Shown here: positions 54,613 through 64,000 of the stretch, in pieces
How the letters are laid out: the number at the start of each line of letters is the position of its first letter
Numbering within the stretch: the stretch's first letter is position 1
IMG/VR virus record: IMGVR_UViG_3300033066_001917
Coordinates: 128,001 to 192,000 of that record
Strand: one strand, 5' to 3'
Length of the DNA stretch: 64,000 nt
Source of the DNA: a virus
Taxonomy: Duplodnaviria > Caudoviricetes
The notes under the pieces: generated by a model
Database searches by the model: none
What the model was told of the DNA's origin: nothing
What the model saw: the letters and a program-made list of their open reading frames with translations, nothing else
Made by a program: the position numbers and the translations under genes

Positions 54613-56439
54613 TCAACGGGAGCGAACGCACCTGAATCCGGTACCCCGTTCCATTGTTGTGAGGGGTCTGGAAATTCTACTGGCAGTTCGCAAATTTGCG
54701 GGGACAGTTGTTTCCCAACTACCCCCACGAACTACCCTAGAGGATGTCATCCCACTAAGCTGCCCACACAACGGGTTGACGTTTTCCGGAACTGACCAGC
54801 AACCAGCATAGTTGTAATTCTGGAAACTATCCGCCATCCACTCGTAAACTCCGCCCCCCATATCATGAACCCCATCGGGAGTGGTACCGTCAGGAAACCC
54901 ACCCACCACACAGGCACCCGTACGGGTACTATTTCCTGACCAGCACACCAACCCATCTTCCGGGTTCGTTGACCCCCACGGATATGGGTTGGAATTCCCG
55001 CCCCTCGCCACCCACTCCCATTCAGCTTCAGTTGGGAGCCTCCCACCATCCCAAACACAAAAAGCTTGAGCCGTGGTCCAATTCACACAGTTGATCGGGG
55101 ACGTTAAGGAAGGACCTCTCCATGTACAACCAACACCGGATCCAGGTTCAGTGACACTTCCAGCCGTGGGATAGGATCCCGAGGGGTATAGAACGGAAGA
55201 AGGGGATGGGTGTCCGGCATTCCAGTAGGATCGAAATCTCTCAACAGTTACCTCGTAGGTATCCACATAAAGGGGGGAAATGGTCACTCGACGTTGGATG
55301 GGGGTGGAGTTAACACCCAAAACATCACCCATCTCAAACATACCCCCCCTCACAGTCGTAATACCACAGGAGGATGAGGCCATGCAGGAAATGGGGACCA
55401 TGCACTCACCTGAAACACATGGGAAACCAGTTCGGCAAGCTCTACCGCAAGCACCACAATGGCTAACGTCATCGGTAAGCCTACGGCATACTCCACCACA
55501 CGAAACAAGATCCCCGGAGCAAGTGCCCCCACCACATGCCCTCAACCCTATCGTCCCACAGGGAACGCAAGAGTTACCATCCCTAATATAGCCCGGATTG
55601 CACAAGAATTCGCACACCCCAAGGATACAAGAAGTTGACGCATTAGGTGTGGTGGGGCAAGGTGAACACCCGCCACAGTGAGCTGGATCCGTCAAATGTG
55701 GGGTGCAAACCCCTGCGCACACCGTAGTACCCGAAGGGCAGGAACACACACCGGCAGAGCATGTAGATCCCCGGGGGCACACAAATCCACATCTGCCACA
55801 GTGAGAGGGATTGGTTGACGTATCAATTTCGCACCCCGTAAGTGAGTCCGAGTCACAATCCTGAAGGGATCCGCGGCACAATCGAATTGCGCAAGATCCC
55901 ATTGAGCATTCATTCTCGGCACCCGGAAGGTTGCAAATGACCCCACAACCCCCACAATGGGAGGGGTCCGAACGAGTGTCTACACAACGGGATCCACACA
56001 GAGTTAATCCGTGGCATGGATCTGCATCGGGAGGAGCACTAACTTCCCTGTCTACCATAACATCCACACCCATCTCAGGTGTGATATCCACCGAGGCATC
56101 GGGGGATGGTTCTGGAGAATGCTCTACTGCCGATTCAAAAGATGGTTCCTGAATCTCCACTGGTGGTGAGTCCACTACGGGAGACAGCTCATCCGGAGTC
56201 TCTTCCAAAGCATCGGGTGTGTCCCACGAATCACCGGGAGAGTCATCCATAGACAGATCCGGAGTAGTGTCGGGTAAAGCATCCGGTGGGGGGGTATCCA
56301 CCACCACTTCTTCCCGTGTAACTATCTCCGAGGGTGAATCCACCACCTCTACCAACGATCCATCAAAGTTCACAATGATGGTGTCGGGAGTACAAGCACC
56401 CAGGAGCAACAAGCAAGCACTTAAGTTTCGAAGATTCAT
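54613..56439 (-). CDS. lipoprotein with Cys-rich repeats and C-terminal FGE-sulfatase (SUMF1/CLec) domain
   Basis: LLLGAC lipobox, Asp/Pro linker, DPxHCGxCG repeats, YEVT, RLPTEAEWE, RGGSW, GFRC. Confidence 0.9.
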   Translation of the reverse strand: MNLRNLSACLLLLGACTPDTIIVNFDGSLVEVVDSPSEIVTREEVVVDTPPPDALPDTTPDLSMDDSPGDSWDTPDALEETPDELSPVVDSPPVEIQEPSFESAVEHSPEPSPDASVDITPEMGVDVMVDREVSAPPDADPCHGLTLCGSRCVDTRSDPSHCGGCGVICNLPGAENECSMGSCAIRLCRGSLQDCDSDSLTGCEIDTSTNPSHCGRCGFVCPRGSTCSAGVCSCPSGTTVCAGVCTPHLTDPAHCGGCSPCPTTPNASTSCILGVCEFLCNPGYIRDGNSCVPCGTIGLRACGGGTCSGDLVSCGGVCRRLTDDVSHCGACGRACRTGFPCVSGECMVPISCMASSSCGITTVRGGMFEMGDVLGVNSTPIQRRVTISPLYVDTYEVTVERFRSYWNAGHPSPSSVLYPSGSYPTAGSVTEPGSGVGCTWRGPSLTSPINCVNWTTAQAFCVWDGGRLPTEAEWEWVARGGNSNPYPWGSTNPEDGLVCWSGNSTRTGACVVGGFPDGTTPDGVHDMGGGVYEWMADSFQNYNYAGCWSVPENVNPLCGQLSGMTSSRVVRGGSWETTVPANLRTASRISRPLTTMERGTGFRCVRSR

Positions 56440-56541
56440 TGTGCCTCAATGGCACAGGGTAATAAATCAGAACTGAAACTGTGCCAACATTTTACCTTTA
56501 CCCTTATAGGGTGGCCTTAAACATAAAAAATGCGAAACTCG

Positions 56542-56919
56542 TCAGGAATACGTGAGAACACCCATCACGTTCCCGGAGTTTGTATAGACCACACGACGGA
56601 CGCCAGCCTTCCGAATGGCACGGTCGCAAGAAGAACAGGGACGACTGTCCCCCCACTTCCCCCCACAGGAACGAGCCACATAAAGCGTGGCACCGTGCAG
56701 CGCCGAAGGGGGAACCTTCTTCATCGCCCGAACCTCGGCGTGATGGTCCGGAAGACGGCGATCCTGCGTAGTCACATTGACCGCTACAGCCGTGGAGTCC
56801 TTCGTAACCACGATGGCCCCGTGGTAGGACTCCCGCTTGACACCCAGAGCCTTGCCTTTGATCTCCTCGGCCGCGGCAACCGTGTGCGCTTCCTGAAGAC
56901 GGCGATAGCTGTTAGCCAT
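56542..56919 (-). CDS. cytidine/deoxycytidylate deaminase-family protein
   Basis: HAE...SRPCSSC. Confidence 0.85.
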   Translation of the reverse strand: MANSYRRLQEAHTVAAAEEIKGKALGVKRESYHGAIVVTKDSTAVAVNVTTQDRRLPDHHAEVRAMKKVPPSALHGATLYVARSCGGKWGDSRPCSSCDRAIRKAGVRRVVYTNSGNVMGVLTYS

Positions 56920-56960
56920 GGTGATCCTCCAAACCTATATCGGATGAGGAGGGTGAAAAC

Positions 56961-57329
56961 CTACCTGTAAATAAGGTTTTCGGTATTTCTCAGTTTGGCC
57001 GCACAATCCCGAAGAAGAAATCTATCCCGAGGGTTGAGAACCTCCCTCAGGTTATCCGTTTCAACGTGGCCAACTTTTTCGCGGGGGACAAAAAACAGGG
57101 GTTCAAGACTCATCCGCCAAGAGCGAACGGGTTTAAGTTCTCTTAGGGCTTCTAGACAAACGCAGACGACACTATCAACGGGCCAGTGAAAAGAGAGGAT
57201 ATCTTTCGGTGTGCAAAGGAGGTACCATTTCCGATTACTTTCGTAGAGGGTTCCTTCAGGATCTACAACATCTCCAGGTACCAATTCCCCCGTTAACCAA
57301 GTGGGTTTCCATAAATCTTTAGCAAACAA
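56961..57329 (-). CDS. hypothetical protein
   Basis: ORF in run. Confidence 0.45.
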   Translation of the reverse strand: MFAKDLWKPTWLTGELVPGDVVDPEGTLYESNRKWYLLCTPKDILSFHWPVDSVVCVCLEALRELKPVRSWRMSLEPLFFVPREKVGHVETDNLREVLNPRDRFLLRDCAAKLRNTENLIYR

Positions 57330-57330
57330 T

Positions 57331-58275
57331 TCAGAAACCCAATTCCATGAAAGTTAGATCAGCGCAAGTCAAGTAACCCTCCACCATATCGGTGTCGACC
57401 TCTGTGTTAGATCCGTAAATGATATAAGTGAGGAGGGAATTTGGATCCACAGGGGTGATTCGAACAGGAACGCCAAAATTGGTTTCTTGACCAACCTCTA
57501 CGAAGATATCACCGTAAATGGAAATCCCTTCCTCTCCCATCGTCACACGAAGTGTGGGACGAGTGGAACCTTTTTCTGCCGCTAGAACATATCGATTTTG
57601 GTAGGTCATGTTTGTGTTACCCCTGGATCTCCCTAAGGATCCACCCAAAAATGATTCAAGTTGGAACTTGACCCCATACCCAAAACACATCAAAAGAGCC
57701 AATCCGTAGAATTGAGCTTCCGTTGGGTTTTTTCGATAAGATTGAATTAAGGAGGGGAGAAAAAGAAGGGCGGAGACTATGGTTTCCATGTCTCCTATTC
57801 GATCGGGGAGTGGTTTCGTTACTGTCGACGAAAGGCGCCAGGACGGTATGTTGGAGTGGTGCCTCCGAACAAGGAAAGTAACCACGGAATCTGAGTCGTA
57901 CATGGCAATATCCTCTTGGGCGCCAGTGGGGACACCGTCTATCCGTTCCCAATCCCAATAGGTAAAAGATCCCTCACGGTAAATGCGATATGTGGCAACA
58001 TTACCATTTTCCAGGACTAAGACCCAAATCTGAGATTCCGGATTTTCTCTATCACCACCACTTAAGGTAGATGCTGTATGTGGCATCCACTCTGTGACCA
58101 CATACCAATCGTCCTTATCTCCGTATGTAAGAGTGCCATCCCTAGTGCATTCTTTGAGGGAATCCAGGATCCCCTCCATATCATAGCCTTCCGAAAGAAG
58201 GCTAGCCACTAGAGTTTGATGGCAAGATCCCTTATCCACATGGAAGGTTACGGATTTTTTATCTGGCTTCTTCAT
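57331..58275 (-). CDS. hypothetical protein
   Basis: 314-aa ORF. Confidence 0.65.
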   Translation of the reverse strand: MKKPDKKSVTFHVDKGSCHQTLVASLLSEGYDMEGILDSLKECTRDGTLTYGDKDDWYVVTEWMPHTASTLSGGDRENPESQIWVLVLENGNVATYRIYREGSFTYWDWERIDGVPTGAQEDIAMYDSDSVVTFLVRRHHSNIPSWRLSSTVTKPLPDRIGDMETIVSALLFLPSLIQSYRKNPTEAQFYGLALLMCFGYGVKFQLESFLGGSLGRSRGNTNMTYQNRYVLAAEKGSTRPTLRVTMGEEGISIYGDIFVEVGQETNFGVPVRITPVDPNSLLTYIIYGSNTEVDTDMVEGYLTCADLTFMELGF

Positions 58276-58277
58276 AA

Positions 58278-58314
58278 GAGCGTGTGATGGGGGTCGAACC
58301 CATGACCTTTAGTT
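58278..58314 (-). pseudogene. 3' half of a tRNA-Gly-like gene
   Basis: AACTAAAGGTCATGGGTTCGACCCCCATCACACGCTC; 5' half absent. Confidence 0.7.
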
Positions 58315-58357
58315 TAGTTGGACTTTAATTGTTGGGTTTGGCTGGTACTGTGGGAGT

Positions 58358-59041
58358 ATGCGATATTCTCTACGATGCGATGATGAGACTTTCAGGTCTC
58401 TAGTCAAAAAACACACCAATCGAGCCTCGATTCTGCGTGAGTTGGGTTACGCCCCTGGCAACGGTTCCACCAACAGGATTTTGAACAAAAGGGTATCTGC
58501 CCTCGGTTTAGATACATCGCACTGGAAATTGGGCAGTGGTGGGAAAAAAAGAACACCCACAGCCCAATTATGTTTGCCGGACATCGAATACTCTTCCAGT
58601 AGATTAAAAGAGAGATTGTGGAGAGAGGGTCTGCTTTTACGGATGTGTGCGCTCTGTGGTTTGGGTGAGTTGTGGCAAGGGAAATTTCTCTGCCTTCATA
58701 TGGACCACATCGACGGAAATCGAAAAAACAACACCCTGGAAAATCTGCGCATCCTGTGTCCCAATTGCCATCAACAGACTGAGACCCACGGGACAAAATC
58801 CCTGAAAGGGACGGGCAAAAAATGGTTTTGCAATTCGTGCGGGAGGAAAACATCCTATGGGGCCAAAAAATGCAACCCGTGCAATTCCAAAGAGAGAAAT
58901 AACCCCACCAAAATAACGTGGCCATCCCAGGATGAATTGATTGATAGAATACGCCAGAAATCGATAACTTCAGTGGCTCTTGAATTGGGGGTATCCAATA
59001 CCGCCGTCCGTAAAAGGTTGAAGGCCGCTAGGAATTCCTAG
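58358..59041 (+). CDS. HNH homing endonuclease with C-terminal HTH
   Basis: LHMDHIDGNRKNNTLENLRILCPNCHQQT; VALELGVSNTAVRKR. Confidence 0.9.
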   Translation: MRYSLRCDDETFRSLVKKHTNRASILRELGYAPGNGSTNRILNKRVSALGLDTSHWKLGSGGKKRTPTAQLCLPDIEYSSSRLKERLWREGLLLRMCALCGLGELWQGKFLCLHMDHIDGNRKNNTLENLRILCPNCHQQTETHGTKSLKGTGKKWFCNSCGRKTSYGAKKCNPCNSKERNNPTKITWPSQDELIDRIRQKSITSVALELGVSNTAVRKRLKAARNS

Positions 59042-59050
59042 CGGCCTTCG

Positions 59051-59124
59051 TGGAGCAGGCGGCGGGAATCAAACCCGCCCCAAGAGAGTGGAAGTCTCGT
59101 ATGCGATCAATACACCACGCCTGC
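59051..59124 (-). tRNA. tRNA-Gly(TCC)
   Basis: GAGA-CTTCCAC-TCTC, U73, CCA. Confidence 0.88.
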
Positions 59125-59269
59125 GATTGACCGTTATGGGATAGGCGACGGTCACGCCGGGATAACAAGTCCCACTCTTACTTTAGTTCATTCCAGAGTT
59201 GTACCAACTCCCTGGAATATACCCACCTTACCGTGGTAGGTGGCGAATCATATTACTCACCTGAAGTCG

Positions 59270-59620
59270 TCATCGGTTCGAAGAACTCATCTCCCGGACC
59301 AGATTTCCATTGATGTAGGTGAACTGGTCAGCCTTCCGGTAGTTTTCAGCCCCCGGATCGCTTCTTTTCCACAGACACAACAGGTAAGAGCTCTCCTCGC
59401 TTTCCGCATAGAACGGGTCTTTGCGTAGAATTCGAAAAACCACGCGATGTGATGGGTTTTCCGCGAGGTATCGTTTCACCTGTCGTTTTAGTGACCAGAA
59501 AGAATCCGCTCTGCGAACGATCGTACCCTCGGTCCAAAGGTAAGGCCGATTCGATTTTTGATCAAGAAAAGTTCGATTGCTGTTGAACTTACGTGGGGAA
59601 CACACAAAAACAACGGTCAT
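59270..59620 (-). CDS. hypothetical protein
   Basis: GAGG RBS. Confidence 0.5.
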   Translation of the reverse strand: MTVVFVCSPRKFNSNRTFLDQKSNRPYLWTEGTIVRRADSFWSLKRQVKRYLAENPSHRVVFRILRKDPFYAESEESSYLLCLWKRSDPGAENYRKADQFTYINGNLVREMSSSNR

Positions 59621-59684
59621 AATGCCTCATTTGTGATGTTGTAGGTGGACACCCAACAGGGTGTCCACCTACAAACCATTCCGA

Positions 59685-60467
59685 TTACTTGGAGACTTTG
59701 GCAGGAATCCGTCCGAATCGAGCCATCATCAGGCTGCGAGCCTTTCGGAGATACTTGAACACGGAAGGAAGGTCATCCTGGGTGACGATCTTGACTGTCA
59801 CCCCACGGGAACAACCCTTTCGGGGGTGGAGGAACCAGAGAACAAGCTCCATGTGGGGGGCTTCCTCTGTGAAAACGTGACCATGACCACCGCACTCGGG
59901 ACAAGTCGTCGGAATCCCCCGACGATCACACCGGGCACGAATCAGGATGCTACGGTTGATAGCATCGTGGTGGTAATCCCCAAGCCCACCGTGCGCGTTG
60001 GTATTGTTGACCTTGTTCAGGAAATCCTGGTCAACGACCGGCTTAACTCGCTCCCCCCTCTGAGAACCCCAACACCGACCGGCATCCACAAGAGCCTGAA
60101 GCTCATCCAGGGTGATATTGGAGCCCCACCCACCGTAGAAGGAGTCCACGATGCTTCGTGCCATTGGATGATAACCACTTCCATCACACTCTGAACAGGT
60201 GGTGGAATTCCGAACGATCTCGAAGTGGAAATTGGCGACCACATTGAGATCATCCTGGCCCCACTCGAACTCGGCCCAGGATGGAATATCAATTCCGGCG
60301 TCCCATCCACCATGGCCCTCTTTGGCAGGACCCTTCATGTAATCCTCCCCCGGACCCCACGAATTGTAGTCAGGATTCAGAGCGAGGGTCGAAAGCATCC
60401 AAGGAAGGGCACCAAGCCGGGCCGCCTCCTCAACATCATACTTGTCATCGGCTTTGTAGTTCCGCAT
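59685..60467 (-). CDS. protein with DnaJ-type CxxCxGxG motifs
   Basis: CSECDGSG and CPECGGHG. Confidence 0.7.
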   Translation of the reverse strand: MRNYKADDKYDVEEAARLGALPWMLSTLALNPDYNSWGPGEDYMKGPAKEGHGGWDAGIDIPSWAEFEWGQDDLNVVANFHFEIVRNSTTCSECDGSGYHPMARSIVDSFYGGWGSNITLDELQALVDAGRCWGSQRGERVKPVVDQDFLNKVNNTNAHGGLGDYHHDAINRSILIRARCDRRGIPTTCPECGGHGHVFTEEAPHMELVLWFLHPRKGCSRGVTVKIVTQDDLPSVFKYLRKARSLMMARFGRIPAKVSK

Positions 60468-60524
60468 CGTTTCCTCTTTCCTTGCTTCTTACGCTAAAGA
60501 CTTGGGAACGGTTGAAGAAAAGTA

Positions 60525-60923
60525 TCAGAAATGATCGGCTCCCCAGAACACATCGTCCCAGTCGCGGCGGATAACACCGCCTACCTCCAAGTACCCACCC
60601 ATGATCTTCATGACTTGTTCAGATGGGACTTTCTCTCCCATTCGGGCGGTCCCCACATCCACGTTATACAATCCACCCCCAACTTCAGTAACTTTGAGGG
60701 AGTTCATGGTGCCATAAGCGGGACGTGTTTCCACGATAACACCCTCTTCCATTGGTTTACGGAAAAGAGTACCCAGGAACTGGATTGTTTCTACGGCGGA
60801 AACGGGAGTGGGGAAAACCCTGACATTGTCCAGAAGGACAATGTGATCGTGATCGTCTGTCCGACGAACTATCAAATTTCGAGTGGGGGATCGTAGTAGG
60901 ATATCCAAGAGGACTTCTGACAT
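60525..60923 (-). CDS. hypothetical two-repeat protein
   Basis: GAGGA RBS; resembles adjacent gene. Confidence 0.55.
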   Translation of the reverse strand: MSEVLLDILLRSPTRNLIVRRTDDHDHIVLLDNVRVFPTPVSAVETIQFLGTLFRKPMEEGVIVETRPAYGTMNSLKVTEVGGGLYNVDVGTARMGEKVPSEQVMKIMGGYLEVGGVIRRDWDDVFWGADHF

Positions 60924-60945
60924 AGTCCTCTTTTACGTTGGGGAT

Positions 60946-61326
60946 CTACGTTGCGGAAGCGAAAACCCCATCAAACGAAATGGAAAAATTCGCCACCATG
61001 AGGTAATTCCCCAAAGCTCTTAGAACACCCTCTCCGGAACACCCTGGATGGCGTAGAACCCCGTCCACGGAAACGTCGTAACGGTCGCCCTCCTTCCGAA
61101 CAACAATAGCCCGTTCGGTTTGACCGGAGAAACCAATGTACTCTCCGAGAATATACATCGTCTCCAAGAGAGTGCGGTGGTAATAGTGGAAGAAATTACC
61201 TACACGAACGTCGTACCAACCACCGTCCAACCGTTCCACGGTTAAGGTCATCTCCGGATTCGCCTGAATTTCTGTCTCAACAATTACCACACTAAGCGTT
61301 ACGCACGGTTGCTTGTTTGCGGTCAA
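60946..61326 (-). CDS. hypothetical two-repeat protein
   Basis: YDVRVG...ILGEYI / YDVSVDG...ALGNYL. Confidence 0.55.
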   Translation of the reverse strand: MTANKQPCVTLSVVIVETEIQANPEMTLTVERLDGGWYDVRVGNFFHYYHRTLLETMYILGEYIGFSGQTERAIVVRKEGDRYDVSVDGVLRHPGCSGEGVLRALGNYLMVANFSISFDGVFASAT

Positions 61327-62058
61327 TTGTTTCTTGTTCTAGAAGAACAATCAAAACTACGACAGTCTTACCCGAACCTGACCCTTCACTGTAATCGGAG
61401 GGATGCGGTCAATGCCGAGCTTGATTTCTACTTTCCCGATTTGAGATTGGCTTTTGAACTCAACGGCATCTGCCACTATGAACCGATCTATGGCCCTGAA
61501 AAACTGTTGAACGTTCGGACCAACGATTGCCGAAAATGGGCGGCATGTTTGGAAAAAGGAATAGAGCTATGTGTGTTGGACTCAAGCACTATGATTCATT
61601 TCAAACCCCAGAAAGCTGAGGCGTTCCTGAGCCTTATCCAGGGTGTGGTTGATAGAGTTGTAGGGGATAGGCTCCAGAGTGGAATCAACGTTCAATCCAC
61701 GGATCCAACGAGAGGGAAAGCCGAAGTAGCAACAACCCAAAGCCCAATGCCACCTTTCGCCGTGTCCACGATGTTGGAAGAAGTCCTCCAATGGCAGAGG
61801 GAAATTCAACAGGGGGCCACGAAACGGTCTCAGATTGCTAAAAGAGAGGGGATCACGGGTGCAGCCGTTACCCAGAGGATGTACCTCTTGCTGCTTCCGC
61901 CCGAAGTTCGCCAGAAGATTTTGGATAGGGACCCGTCTTATGGTTGGGTCACACCGACCGAAGCTATTCGGTCGGCAATGGCTTTTAGGGGTGGTGATGA
62001 GAAGAGAGGTAGAAACAGGTGGGTCAGGCGGAAGTCGAATCCGCAACTTCCAGATTAA
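61309..62058 (+). CDS. PD-(D/E)XK endonuclease + HTH, copy 3 (N-terminally truncated)
   Basis: ELDFYFPDLRLAFELNGICHYEPIYG, STDPTRG, HTH; Zn ribbons missing. Confidence 0.75.
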   Translation: MLVCGQLFLVLEEQSKLRQSYPNLTLHCNRRDAVNAELDFYFPDLRLAFELNGICHYEPIYGPEKLLNVRTNDCRKWAACLEKGIELCVLDSSTMIHFKPQKAEAFLSLIQGVVDRVVGDRLQSGINVQSTDPTRGKAEVATTQSPMPPFAVSTMLEEVLQWQREIQQGATKRSQIAKREGITGAAVTQRMYLLLLPPEVRQKILDRDPSYGWVTPTEAIRSAMAFRGGDEKRGRNRWVRRKSNPQLPD

Positions 62059-62092
62059 GAATCTGATACTCTGCCGATTGAGTTACTGACCC
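62018..62092 (-). tRNA. tRNA-Lys(CTT)
   Basis: TCAGA-TTCTTAA-TCTGG. Confidence 0.9.
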
Positions 62093-62097
62093 GAAGA

Positions 62098-62175
62098 TGG
62101 CGGGACCGGAAAGATTTGAACTTTCAACCGTCGATTTAACAAAACGCCGCTCTAACCAGTTGGAGCTACGGTCCC
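62098..62175 (-). tRNA. tRNA-Asn(GTT)
   Basis: Loop TT-GTT-AA, G73, CCA; weak anticodon stem. Confidence 0.82.
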
Positions 62176-62182
62176 GAATGCG

Positions 62183-62290
62183 ATCCATAGGCTGCGGTCG
62201 AATCCGCAGCCGTTCTATTCTGGATGTTCATCTGGGGGGTCATGGTTTGAGCCTTCGGACTACTTTACTCTACTGAAGAGGACTATGGGT
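62183..62290 (-). ncRNA. structured RNA related to 16504..16653
   Basis: CCATAG/CTATGG closing stem, GTAAAGTAGTCCG, GGCTGCGG-ATTCGA-CCGCAGCC. Confidence 0.55.
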
Positions 62291-62578
62291 GGAAAAACGA
62301 CCACTGAACCGGAAATAATTTTTCAGTAGACCAGGATTCCTTTTTCACTCACAAAAACAAACATCTCGGGGGGCTTGGGGTTTACTCTGGAGACAAGAGG
62401 AAATACCCAAAAACCGCCACTAGAAAAACCTTCACCATGGATAAGGTGCGGGTAGTGAAAATAGCAAAATCCCCACGCCGCTTTGAAAGAGGTTTCTTTG
62501 TCCCCTTGACCAGAAATGATACGGCTAAATTTGGAGTTACATCTGGATAGGTGGTTATCCCTGGTTTCTACCAAGGAT

Positions 62579-62908
62579 TCACTTCCACGCATGGTTTTCC
62601 ACCGTAGCCATTTCGTCGTCTGAACCGTACGAAATCTCTGCCCACTCAAGGGAAGTGGACCCATCATCATATCGCTTACTGTTCAAGTAAGCAATAAACT
62701 CAGCCCTCTGCCTGTCTCCCCGGTGACTCTCGGCCCATCCTTCCTTACTCCCATCCGGACACACCATCATTGATGCAAAACCGTTAATGAGAGGGGCAGA
62801 AGGACCCAAAACTGCGCACCCAAGCTTACGGGCTTGATCCGCTGCATCTTGAATGAGTTTATCATTATGACTGGTAACAACGATTGTGTGATGAAGCATG
62901 TACCCCAT
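62579..62908 (-). CDS. conserved phage protein
   Basis: HHTIVVT...PDGSKEGWAES..GD..R. Confidence 0.75.
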   Translation of the reverse strand: MGYMLHHTIVVTSHNDKLIQDAADQARKLGCAVLGPSAPLINGFASMMVCPDGSKEGWAESHRGDRQRAEFIAYLNSKRYDDGSTSLEWAEISYGSDDEMATVENHAWK

Positions 62909-62915
62909 ATAAACC

Positions 62916-63191
62916 TCAGAGTTTTGTGGTCATCCACCGAAGTGCGGTAGAAACATTGGGCTCATTACCCTCTGGCTCCCAACCGTGCGCCATTCGATGG
63001 ACACGGTAGACCATTCTTGGTTGCTCACCGGAGATGGTCTCCATGAGCCGAATGGCCTCCTTTTCTTTCGTTGACGCAAGGGTGGGAAGCGTGAGCCAAC
63101 CACCCCGATTGAAGCATCCTTGAACGGCGTAGTATCTAGCACTCATGGGGGGTTTACGCCGGGGAAATGAAATTGATTTCACCAATCCCAC
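62916..63191 (-). CDS. hypothetical protein
   Basis: ORF in run. Confidence 0.45.
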   Translation of the reverse strand: MGLVKSISFPRRKPPMSARYYAVQGCFNRGGWLTLPTLASTKEKEAIRLMETISGEQPRMVYRVHRMAHGWEPEGNEPNVSTALRWMTTKL

Positions 63192-63529
63192 TCGTCCCCA
63201 ACTAAATGATAAACGCCATTATCCCCGGCATACACCCACTGGAGGATGGGGTCATCATCATGTTGCACCGAGTCTCCTGAATAGGAGACGGAAAAAATCC
63301 AACCCCCGGATACACGAAACATAGTGTGTGGCATCGCATCAAAAAGACGGCCCTTGTCGTCGCTGAAGTGATGAAAAAGGTAGGCTCTTGTACGTCGATA
63401 AGCCTCCCAGGCCCCTTCTTTGGAATCCCAGAATCCTCCGGACGAAGATCCTTTGGCCGTGTAGAAACGGCGGATAAGACACGACTTGGGGCCGTGACCA
63501 CCGCAATCGGGGCAAATGTTAGGCAGCAT
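63179..63529 (-). CDS. hypothetical protein
   Basis: Coupled ORF. Confidence 0.5.
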   Translation of the reverse strand: MLPNICPDCGGHGPKSCLIRRFYTAKGSSSGGFWDSKEGAWEAYRRTRAYLFHHFSDDKGRLFDAMPHTMFRVSGGWIFSVSYSGDSVQHDDDPILQWVYAGDNGVYHLVGDEWDW

Positions 63530-63989
63530 CGGTCCAAGAAGGGTTCAGATGACGCATAAGGGTGTTAGCGTATCTTACGGCCTCCTCCCGCAGATAGAAT
63601 GACTCCTGGTCAACAAGATCGTTCCAAGTGAGGGTGTTCCACACTTTGCCCCCGAACCGATGAGACACGACATAGGGGCGACGGTCCCACGGTTGGTGAT
63701 GAATTTGGAACACACCAACCACCTCGGGAAGATCGCTCTGGCGCTCCCAGTCCGGAAAATTGGGGCGGATAGGCAGTGCTGCGGGGTCATCAAGGAAAAT
63801 GAATTCCGGCTCATCCGCCGGGCGAAGGTAACCCATGTCTTCGAGGGCCTCCTCCTCTTCCTCGGGATCTTCGTCCGGTTCGGGAAACCAGGAGATTACC
63901 TCTGTCTCCATCTGTTCCCCGGCAAGGTACCGCTCCTTCAGACTCTCAGCCTCCTCGGGGTCATGGGGGGATGTCCCATAGGGCATCAC
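63519..63989 (-). CDS. acidic hypothetical protein (may extend past window)
   Basis: ORF at window end. Confidence 0.55.
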   Translation of the reverse strand: MMPYGTSPHDPEEAESLKERYLAGEQMETEVISWFPEPDEDPEEEEEALEDMGYLRPADEPEFIFLDDPAALPIRPNFPDWERQSDLPEVVGVFQIHHQPWDRRPYVVSHRFGGKVWNTLTWNDLVDQESFYLREEAVRYANTLMRHLNPSWTDAA

Positions 63990-64000
63990 TGAGGGGATGT

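Noticed and set aside
54613-54760. DGR variable region at the end of the FGE-sulfatase gene
   Set aside because: The fold is a known DGR target, but no template repeat or reverse transcriptase is visible in the window.
58278-59124. Group I intron with HNH inside tRNA-Gly
   Set aside because: No 5' exon or intron core found; the next upstream element is a complete different tRNA.
59125-59245. Hairpin cluster upstream of tRNA-Gly
   Set aside because: Several hairpins but no internal repeat, covariation or motif to support an ncRNA call.
1-64000. Stop-codon reassignment suggested by the release factor
   Set aside because: Recognisable genes are intact in code 11 and end in TAA, TAG or TGA; no canonical suppressor tRNA was found.

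Overview
This window looks like part of a large (jumbo/huge) tailed-phage genome (inference from gene content). It holds densely packed, mostly minus-strand short ORFs, about 35 recognisable tRNA genes plus several atypical tRNA-like RNAs, and free-standing HNH and PD-(D/E)XK endonucleases sitting against tRNA genes. It also encodes two Dam-like methylases, nucleotide/NAD/RNA-repair enzymes (NMNAT-like, Sir2, APRT, YjjX-like NTPase, DHFR, RNA ligase, DHH, HD, metallophosphoesterase, deaminase), a small plus-strand virion module, and a myxobacteria-style Cys-rich FGE-sulfatase lipoprotein. Main findings: (1) a domain-1-less, RF1-like release factor that is only complete if translated through a prfB-type GGAGG-GT-CTT-TGA-C +1 frameshift; (2) a 1.4-kb run of structured RNAs inside the tRNA array (15290-16655), including an anticodon-less RNA made of two tRNA elbows; (3) endonuclease genes that abut or have broken tRNA genes; (4) two recurring phage promoter motifs. 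All calls come from reading the sequence by eye; no searches or folding programs were run.
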